Of a stretch of DNA of 64,000 nt, positions 54,690 to 64,000 are shown in pieces. Below the pieces are notes generated by a model. It was not told the DNA's origin. It was given only the letters and a program-made list of their open reading frames with translations, and did no database searches. Positions within the stretch are counted from its first letter, which is position 1. Every line of letters begins with the position of its first letter. Source of the DNA: Microbotryum violaceum (lineage: Eukaryota); NCBI GenBank assembly GCA_001244265.2, contig CDLV01000011.1:682001-746000 (forward strand), given 5' to 3'. A program made the translations under genes and the position numbers.

Positions 54690-56964
54690 ATGAAGCAACA
54701 AACTACGCATGAAGAGAAGTTCGACGAGTTTAAGCTCGAGCAGGAGATGGTCGAGGATGCCAACATCCCCGAAGGTCGTCTTCGCGAGCCTGACGTCAAG
54801 TTCACCCCGGAGGAAGAGGCCAAGCTGTACCGAAAGGTTGACTGGAGGGTGAGTGGACCGGTCCACATCATTTCCCGTGCAGCGGTGCGATGAGCGTGCG
54901 CAGCTAAAGCGCTAAAAACTGACCCCATCCCCCCTTCCCCCAACTCGTCCACGGCACCTTCGCGCCCCCCTTCCCCCTCAGATCTTGCCCATTCTCGCGC
55001 TTTTATACTTACTGTCGTTCATGGATCGAGGAGCCATTGGGAATGCTCGATTAAGGTAAGTCATGACCACCCCGAAACAAATGGTGGGTATGCTCACGTC
55101 TGCCGCCCGCGCCGCATTCAACCCCTTTCAAACGTTTGTAGCGGCCTGGAACGTGATCTTGGACTCTCTGCACAACAATACGCAACCTGCCTTTCACTCT
55201 TTTTTATCACTTATTTTTTGGCCCGCTCTTATCTCATCGGCATCTCTGTTTGAGAAGTGTACAAACTAACTCGTCGCCTGTGACTCTTCCGCCCTCGCCC
55301 CCTCTAGTTCGAGATTCCATCCAACCTGGCTCTCACCAAGATCCGCCCACGCTATTGGCTCGCCTTCATCACCCTCGGCTGGGGTATCGCCATGACGCTG
55401 TCTGGTATCGTGAAGAACTATGCCGGGCTCGCCATCTGCCGCACCATCCTTGGCGCTTTCGAAGCTGGTGAGTCACGATCACCGCGCAGTTGAAGACTCT
55501 CGTAGGTGCTGATGAGCGCCCTTGATTGTCGTATAGGTCTCTTCCCCGGAGTCTCTCTCTACCTATCCTTCTTCTACCCTCGCTTCATCTACCAGCGCCG
55601 TCTTGCGATCTTCTTCTCGGCAGCTAGTAAGTTTTGGCACGCCCTGACCGCCTCGACGTATCCTAATGCGTGCCTGCTGACTCTATTGCTCTCCTTGCCA
55701 CGCTCTAAGCTATGGCGTGAGTAGGATGATTGATCAAAAAAAAAAATCCGTATAGGGGCCAAGCTGATTTGGCTGTTCTTCCTCTATGCAGCGGTGCCTT
55801 CGCAGGTTTATTGGCGTATGGCATCTCGTTCATGGCCGGTACCGCCGGCCTCGGCGGATGGGCTTGGATTTGTGAGTTGTGCAAGGCAGCTTCGAAGCAT
55901 CAATCGATCAAACAAATTGAACCATACAAACTTGTGTTTACATAGTCATTATCATGGGTCTCCTGACCGTCCTTGCCGGGGGCCTCGCCTTCTTCTGCGT
56001 TAGCGATGTGCCAGCCAAGGCGAAGTGGCTCACCGAGGACGAGCGGTGAGTTGCATTCATCACGTGCTTGATCAAAGCGAAGGAGATACAAAGGGCTGAA
56101 ACTGCTCTTCCCTCACTCACTACAGAGCATGGCTAGTCTGGCGCAAGGCCTCCGATGGTTCGAGTGTCGGCGAAGCTGAAGGTCTCCACGTCGCTCAAAT
56201 CAAGAGCGCCTTCACGGATTACCACTGCTGGGTCGCGCTCTTTTTCTACATCTCCATCCTCGTACCCTTGTACAGGTAAACTGTAGATCTTGCTGCCTCT
56301 CCTTGTGATTCAAAACCTGAAGCGGCTTCTTCTCCACCACAGTGTCGGTTTGTTCGCCCCAACCTTGATCAATAGTTTCGGCAAGTGGACTCGGGCCGAA
56401 GTTCAGCTCCTCACGGTCCCGATGTACGTCTTCGCCTGCGCGTACGTCCTCATCACGTCCGTCTACGCCGATCGATACCGCACCCGTTTCCCTTTCCTCC
56501 TTGCGGCTCAAGTCCTCTGCCTCATCGGCTTCACGATCAACATCATCCCCACGGCCCATGTCGGCGTCAAGTTCTTCGGCTTGTTCCTCTGCGCCGCCGG
56601 TGCTTACGGAGGTGTTCCTTCGATGATCTCGTGGCTCTCGACTAACCTCAGTGGTACGACCAAGCGCGCTGTTGGGACCGGTCTCACTCTCGGTGTCGGC
56701 TCGTTGGGTGGCATCATCTCGTCGAACGTCTACCGCACGGTGGACGCCCCCAAGTACGGGGGCCACGGTGTCTTGATCGCCACCTCGTTCATGGGTATAA
56801 TTGCTTCCTGCGTGTATGCCTTCTTGCTCAAGCGCTCGAACGCGGCCAAGGACCGATGGCACGCCGAACAAAACGCCTTGCCCGAGCACCAGCGCAAGGT
56901 CTTCACCGTCCAGGAGTTGCGTGACATGGGTGATCGTGCGCCCGAGTTCTACTACACAATCTAG
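54690..56964 (+). CDS. MFS transporter, anion:cation symporter (Dal5/Tna1-like) family (multi-exon)
   Basis: KLYRKVDWRILPILALLYLLSFMDRGAIGNAR, FEIPSNL, LGAFEAGLFPG, FAPTLINSFG, QLLTVP, WLSTNLSGTTKRA, MGDRAPEFYYTI*. Confidence 0.94.
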
Positions 56965-57371
56965 GTCGCCATGCGCTAGTTTATTCAGATCCAAGGTTTT
57001 TCATTCATGTGTACTGTGACTTTGGCTTAGGGTGTATCCTGATGATATATGGCATGCGATTTCTCATTACCTGTTCCCACATCTGTCCCTTACCACCACC
57101 GAAGAGCTCTGGCACAACGGGCTCCTTTGTGTGTTCCCTCATAGGATGATCTATGATTTCAGAGCCTAGAAAGAGTTAGGCGAGTGAAGAAATTGGTGAA
57201 GCTGGGGATTTGAGCTTGACAGCCAAGAGTTTCATTGCGCAGACCATCAGCAATTTTACTATGTATTGAGCATCGCTGCTCCGGCCCTTAGTCGCTGTGT
57301 TTGCTGAGAAACATTCAGGCCCATTTGGCACGTTTAGCTCCTTGCAAAGTATTACAACCCAAATAATTACT

Positions 57372-59810
57372 TCATGTCCGCACTGCCACGGGAGCTTTCT
57401 TGGTCGCGACCCAGCAGCATACGGTCGCAGTCCCGAGTTCGCCCGGTTTCAACACCTCCTTATGCCTGTCGATCCCGAGCCGACTCTCCAGCGCGCGCAC
57501 CTCTTGCTCGGCTTCCCTTTTTGCGAAGCGGGCATGCGCCAAGCGCATCTCCATCGTCGCAGTATCGAGGCCCGCTTCGACATCATCTCTTGTCATCCCT
57601 TGACTCGCCTCCCGTCGTACTGCCAGATCGAGCATTCTCACGCATTCGGCGATGCGCTCCTCCAATAAGGGCTGATTGCTCAATTGTAGAGCCAGGGCTT
57701 CCTCGTCCATCTTGCAGGTCCACCCCCACCCTATACTCTGGTCGGAAAAGATTCGAGCCAAATCGGCGTGTTGACGTAAACCTGCGCAGTGGGCATGGAT
57801 CGTATCGACGAGCTCGGAACGCAGCTTTGCGAATCGAAGCGCTTCGCTCGCACTTTTCGGACGAGGTCCTTCCCTTCTGTCCTCTTCGCGCATTTCAACC
57901 AGTGCACCCTAAACAGAAGAAAAGCGTCCAGTTCCCACATCAATGCCACCATTAATAATGTGATTACCTAGAAACATACCTCGTGCGCAAGCCGAAAAGA
58001 GCATGCCGTCAATCTGTCCGCTTCTATCGCCATGACTATCGAGTCCAGGTACGGCGCTTGCATCTTAGTTGTCTTGCCCAGATGAATGCTCGAGAAGTCA
58101 TACAGCGGGGGGCAGGACGCAAACGCTTCGATTATAGGCGTCTTTTCCTCGTCGTCAACATTGTTCGAGGCTTGGATGGATGGAGTCTCGGCGGGGCTGT
58201 AGCCAGGAAGCGGCCGCTCGAAGGGGACCTCGATCGTTAACACACCCGTGGATTGAACGTCATGCAAGTGAAGGCACACAGATGTCGGAATGATACGAAT
58301 GTTGTCTGTGGATCATGCGCACCCTCTCGCGATCAGTCAACAAGGCTTAGCTTTAGGTCCAGATTTGGACACGCTTACAAGGATTGACGAATCGGTGGTC
58401 AAAGACTCCATCGATGCACGCCTGCACGCGCGCAAACGGGTCAAGTCTTACCGAGTAGTCGGGATCTGAACTTGAGCTCGCCCCTTCAATGTGTTTACCA
58501 AGCACACGGAATGATCGGTCCACAATCTCGACCATCCCTTTGCATATAGAACCGGAGTATCAAATTGAGTGGCCAATACTTCGCAGAGATGTAGAGAAGG
58601 AGAGGGGAACTCGCCATCAACGGCCAAAACCCGGGTGGCCTCCTCGATGACGAAGTCCCACTGATGTTCGGGCATATTAGCTCCGAGATCACAGAGCCTG
58701 ACAAAGTCAAATTCTCCATCTTCGAAGGGAAGTGGGGTGAAATAGTTATGCTGCACGTAGGTCAATCGATCGGCGATATCTGAGGGAAGGTACTGCAGCG
58801 GCAGTTGCGAGGGTACGATGTCGAGACCTGGCCAACAAGCTTCAGAGTTCACCCTTCTTTCCTAGACAACCTACGAGAGGGACACACCGACAAATTCCGT
58901 AGCTTCCCAGCCAGGTATTGTTGCCGTGCTGACGCTCCAGATCGACAAGGGTCCACAGCCGAGATCCAAAGCCCTCTTCGGCGGTGGTAGGGTCGGTCGG
59001 GTAGCACCCGTCATCGAGTTCGGCGGTTTGGGGGTATGGGCCCAGGTACCCTCGATTGAACCTTGGCCCGAGGTCAGAATGGCATTCAGGAACATTTCTC
59101 TAGTTTCGAAAGCCACCCACAAGATTAATCAGCTCGGTTGAGCAGGACGAGTGGGTTCGGCTCAGACCGTTCGAAGCGGGAACTCACTTGTCCCTCACCT
59201 GCAAGGAATACCCGGGCCAATAGGCCGCCTCATCATGTTCGACCGCGCAGTATTTTTGTGGTGTTAAAGCCCCTTTGACATAAACTTCTTCAAACCATCC
59301 CTTCTTCTTCATCGTGGGAGGTTCCTCGTTATTCCAAGATCGATCACTTGCTCCCGATGGTGCGTTGATGGCACGTTGTCCGAGTCCCGACGTGGAATGC
59401 TCGAAGGAGGCCCCTGCTTCAACGAGGCTCGCGCCTCCAAGCTCGCGCTCGTCCGCTCTCGACAACGTGTGCGGCTGCAATCCTGACGAATGTTGTTTGC
59501 GAGGTAAAGTGATCGAATCCCTCTGCTGACCCAAGCCGAGCATATGGGCTAGATTGAGCGACGAGGTCGTAGGGTTAGCCCGGGTCGATGATGAACCCCA
59601 CGACTTCGACGCCGAGTCGTTGGCCTGCGAGGCAGGCGAAGCTTGTGAGTGGACGTCAGCAGTCATCTTTCCACGACGACTCGGAGAGAAGAGGGTGCTA
59701 TTCCGAGCACTGCTGAGCATCGTGCCGGATTTGGAAGTGCTCGATGCGGCAGGCTGTGGGGTGTTTGGCGCTTTGGGGCGGTGGTAAACCGCAGGAGGTA
59801 GAGGATGCAT
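57372..59810 (-). CDS. Class I SAM-dependent methyltransferase-domain protein (multi-exon)
   Basis: KRALDLGCG (motif I), FVGLDIVP, LPFEDGEFDFVR, VIEEATRVL. Exon structure at both ends is less certain. Confidence 0.82.
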
Positions 59811-60276
59811 AACCTGAATTTAGCAGTGTGAACCTCGGCGACTTTGTTTTGAAACGCCCCGTTCGCTTTGAGAGAACGAAAGCTAAGGAGTCGGCAGGGT
59901 TCGGTGATGGCGCGAAGGTCAGGGCAGCTGACCGTGCCCAAACCCTTCAGGGGTCAGTGCGCCCAACCTGAGACATGGGTTACTTGCGCTGTGCGCACAA
60001 TCTCACGCACAGAGGCAACGTTCTACTCTTCCCTTATCGATAACTTGATTAGTCCCTCCTGTGTTGGCTTTTTTCTCACACTCTGCCCACTAGTCAAGTA
60101 AAATGGGAATTTGATTGGTATAACAGTCTGAATCGAGCCGAGTACACAAGGGTTCACCTCCGATGTGCTTCAGCCCGACCGAACGGCGGCCGCGTGGACC
60201 GCAGGGCCGGGACGGGGCAGAGCAGCGTCCGATCCAGTTCACTCCTCTTCGATGGCACTAAAACCGCCACAAGAAT

Positions 60277-62046
60277 CTAGAAACCCTTCCGCACGTTATC
60301 CCACTTGCTCTCGCTATAAAGCAAGCAATTTTGCCTCGTATCCAACCGGCCCATCGTCCTCCCGACCAACTCGACCAAATTCCCCGGCGATCCTTTGTCC
60401 CGATCACCCGACAATTCCCAGTACATCGCTCCGGCGAGACCATTGGTGTTTATGAATTCAGCTTTGGCTTGCGCTGAGGCGGCGTTGTCGTAGGTTACGA
60501 ATTCGCGTTTTGAAGGGGAGTAGCAATGTGCGGTTACGAGGTGGGGATCAAAGGTCTCGCTTGAGGAGGGGAGGGGGAGGGATTTGTAGTCGTATGTGCC
60601 TATTTGCAAAGGTGGGATTGGATGAGCAACGGGCAGGACACGGTGCTGATTGGCGAAAATAAGACCCACCTTTCTCCCACGATCCTTCGCCCACACCGTT
60701 GTACGGGCAGCCGGCTATCCATGTAGAACCGATGACAGTAAGCAGAGTCCTCTCGGGCGCTTCGAAGAAGCCTTCCTATAACTCACGACCATCGGTATTG
60801 CAAAAGCTCCGTCCATACAACGGGATCCCGATCACCAACTTGTCGACACTGACGCCCTGACTTGTATAGTGCCGAAGCGCTCGATCAGTCGACAACCCTT
60901 GTGGGTCGCGATTGAACAGATTCGCCTGATGGGCCACGTTGGTGTCCCATGAACCCGAGTAGTCGTAGGCCATGAGGTTCCAGAAGGAAAGGTAAAGGTC
61001 CATCTCGCGAATTCGTAGCTTTTCGAAATGCTCGGGCCCGCATGGCTGCGCATATGGGGAAGAAGTTAGCACGGACGATGGGGGTGACAAACTCTTGCGA
61101 ATGAGATGCGTACCGCAGCGATACTCAGCTCATAACCCTGGTGCTGCTGCAACCGTTTACGCTGGGCATGGGCGTCCAAGGCGAGGCGGAGTTCTCGCAG
61201 TAGCGCAACGTAATCACGTGCTTGCGAGTCGTCCTTTGGGTATTCCCTAATGGAACCAACATAGATGGCATCAGCCTCAATCCGATCGAACATAATTAGC
61301 AAACAACCCACCAATCGATGTCTAGCCCGTCCAATCCATAATCCTCCAACAGTTTGACGCTAGTCTCGACAAACTTCTTTCGTCCATATGGGGTCGAGCA
61401 AGGCTCAGCGAAAGAAGGGGAGTAGGTCCATCCACCGATGGAGAGTAGGAGCTTGAGGTGGCGGTTCTTCTTTTTCAGGAGGTAGAGTTGCTTGAGGTTG
61501 CCGTCTGCACACCAGGGGGAAGAAGCCAATTGCGCGTTGAGTTGGAAAGGAACAGGAGGTCAAGCCGTGGCGAATCAGGAGACTGACATAGGTTATTACC
61601 CGGCTCGTTCCAGTCGTCACCATCAAAGTGGATCTGGTCATTCAAGGTGAGCCGCCCGATTAGCTTGAGGCTCCACAGCAACATCAAACAAGCACGTCGA
61701 CTCGCCTGTTCATCCGCCCAAGGATCGCTGAGAGTGACTGAACCGTCCGAATCGATCTTGGCGAAAGCGTACAGGATGTGAGTCAAGCACTCGACGGGCA
61801 CCACGGTTGGGAAGGGCTTATAACCCCTTGCGTAAATTCCCCATGCGGTGAAATATCCGACACTGTGGATGCGGGTACGTTCATTTCAGGTCAGTCGAGT
61901 CGAATCGGTCGCACCGCGGAATCCGACGAGGCGGTGCTGCTGTCAAGTGGGGGGCGGCAGATGCACGTCGCGCGAAGGAAACCACGCGGACGGCGGAGCT
62001 TAAGATATACTCACTTGACCTTCCCGTTAGGTCGAGGAATACTCAT
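60277..62046 (-). CDS. GH18 chitinase, subgroup A-like (multi-exon)
   Basis: [39 protein letters not shown] (DxxDxDxE), [28 protein letters not shown]. One GC-AG intron near 61705. Confidence 0.96.
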
Positions 62047-62496
62047 ATCGTCTTTGATCGAGACGACCGGTGGAGAGCGGTAGTAGTGCCGTAGACCGTA
62101 GGCCAGGAGCAACGGCAGAGCGAGATAGAAGACGAGTCGCTTCGACCTGGACACGATCGTGTCAACGACGCGTGCGACGCCGGACTGGGGAGGGAACAGC
62201 AGAGGCACGATGCGAGTGGACTGGACTGCAGCTCCGACGAGGTGGGAGCAGAAAGGGAAGCGCAGATGGAAGAGCAGAGACACTCGATTGCCGACTTTAC
62301 ACCCGGGTTTTCGCACAGACCTCAGCTCCCTCGGCCGCGTACGGAGCACGGACCGCTACTGCTAGCTACCGCTTGGAATGGCGCTACGTCAACGCGCCAC
62401 ATCGCTGACCACGCGCTTCGCAAGCTCCTGCCATGCACCCGTAGCCCACCCCGGCAATTGTGGTGGCACCCAGCCAGGATAAGACCAGAGAGAAAA

Positions 62497-63307
62497 ATGG
62501 ACTGCCGGGATGACCTCACCTCGGTCGACCTGGATCATTCGGTCGTGACGGAATCGCTCGCGTCGGCGACGTCGTCCTCGACCATCTCGCTGTACCCCTT
62601 CATCGACCACCATGGCTGCTACGGTACCAACCTCGCCCTTCCCGACTCGTTGCCGCGTGTGCTGAGACCATTGGACAGCAAGGACGTGTGTACCGCGAAC
62701 GACGAGCTGGGCGAACCGGACGATGCGTTGAACCCGAGTAGGGGGGGGCCTTGGACCGGAGGCTCGATCGATAGTCAGGACGACGATGATGAACTCTTGG
62801 TCCATGTCAAGTTTACTGAATTGGTCAAGATCAAGTCCGTGCTCATTGGTGAGTTTGTTATGACCTCGCTCGGATTCATTACGACGAGAAGCTGACTCAT
62901 CCCGATCATAACGATGTACAGGCACCGGCGGTGGGCGAGCTTCGAATGCGCCTCGTCTCCTCAAATGCTGGGTCAACCGAGTCGACGGTCTCACCTTTTC
63001 GGACGTCAACTCGACCGCGACCTCGCAAGAGTTTGAACTGCTCGAGTCGACGTCAGGATCGCACGATTCGCTCGAATATCCCGTCCGATTGGCACGGTTT
63101 TCCAACGTATCTACCATCGATCTCTACTTTGCCAATACGAGAGGTGGGGAGAGCTCGAGGCTGTACTATTTGGGTTTTATGGGCGAGTCGAGACGGATCA
63201 AGAAGGAGGAGAACTCGGGCATGACCGTCGGCGCAGAGACGGGGGTGGATACCATGATTGATCGTATGAAGGAGTCCAAACCGAGTGGGGGAGCATCCGT
63301 GAGGTAG
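62497..63307 (+). CDS. PITH-domain protein (PITHD1-like), two exons
   Basis: SLYPFID, DDELLVHVKFTELVKIKSVLI, PRLLKCWVNR, EYPVRLARFSNV, SRLYYLGFMGE. Confidence 0.9.
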
Positions 63308-63694
63308 AGATCTATTGATGCGCTCGTTCTTGTACTGTTGCGGCACTGTTGTATACGTACCTCTCATAGCGCGAAAAGGTCGGTGGAATGTGATGCATCT
63401 TTTATGGGCCCTCAGAAAAGAAGGTACTACGAGAGCGAGTGCAAACAAAAGGGCACAGTTATATAATGAAAGTTTCGCTGCGATTTTTTGCATACCGGGT
63501 CAGTCATCAAATGCAGCCATTCAGAGTTGAACGTTGGTCGGCCGGTTCGAGCGTTCGGCCTTCGGCGATTCGGAGATCAACGTTCATAGATTCATCGCCC
63601 TTCAACGCGCGCTGACGAAGCCTCACTCGCATTAACTCTCTTTGACGATTCCCCTTTCCCACCGGTCTTGGCCTACACAACCCTGTTTTCGAGC

Positions 63695-64000
63695 ATGGAA
63701 GAGACGGATGCGATCATGTCAACGTCACCCGAACTCACCCTGAGCATCTCGTACTCGGGTCAATCGCACCTTGTGACGATGACGACATCCTCGACCCTCT
63801 CCTCGCTCCAAGCTGAACTCGAACAGCACTTCAACGTACCCGTGTCGGCTCAAAAGCTCTTGATGAAAGGCCGCAAACTGGATACCACCAACCAAGACAT
63901 ACCACTCTGCACCTTCATTGGCACCTCTTTATTGTCGTCGAGCTCGAGTTCAGCTTCATCAGCGATCAAGCTGCTCTTGATTGGACCTCAATCCGACTCA
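63695..64000 (+). CDS. Partial gene with N-terminal ubiquitin-like domain (runs off the window)
   Basis: LTLSISYSGQSH..TLSSLQAELEQHFNVPVSAQKLLMKGRKL...KLLLIG matches a UBL fold pattern. Confidence 0.7.
   Translation, partial: MEETDAIMSTSPELTLSISYSGQSHLVTMTTSSTLSSLQAELEQHFNVPVSAQKLLMKGRKLDTTNQDIPLCTFIGTSLLSSSSSSASSAIKLLLIGPQSDS

Noticed and set aside
53400-56964. TPP riboswitch in or upstream of the MFS gene
   Set aside because: No CTGAGA...ACC/CTTGAT...TAAT...GCG aptamer core was found in the introns or upstream region.
56212-56994. Long antisense ORFs (e.g. opposite the MFS, GPD and PH genes)
   Set aside because: These are shadows of GC-rich codon-biased sense exons.

Overview
Intron-rich fungal genomic DNA. 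GT-AG introns, gene content and a CxC1/KDZ transposon point to a basidiomycete, probably a Pucciniomycotina (Microbotryomycetes-like) yeast; the taxonomy is inference. Recognisable conserved genes are SDH3, an ALKBH1-type AlkB, mitochondrial bL27 (MRP7), PRP38, a Caf120/Skg3-type PH protein, RVB2, TRM6/GCD10, a Zn2Cys6 transcription factor, TatD, NAD-glycerol-3-phosphate dehydrogenase, DAHP synthase, an ACS/Dal5-family MFS transporter, a class I SAM methyltransferase, a GH18 chitinase, a PITH protein and a partial UBL-domain gene. Two accessory systems stand out. (1) A fully delimited 9.1-kb KDZ (Kyakuja-Dileera-Zisupton) DNA transposon at 41968-51078. It has a perfect 8-bp TSD (TTTTCGGG), CA...TG ends, long imperfect TIRs, an internally deleted CxC1-KDZ transposase and a convergent HMG-like cargo gene, and it is inserted 82 bp upstream of the DAHP synthase ATG. 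(2) A local family of three decaying paralogues plus one orphan exon, with shared intron positions and a putative nuclease-like domain plus atypical kinase architecture reminiscent of Crinkler-type effectors. Smaller observations: 3-nt and 7-nt micro-exons, a 51-bp duplication that creates a second in-frame splice donor in GPD, and three candidate N-terminal targeting extensions, two of which lack an AUG. All gene models were spliced by eye and no database search was run.
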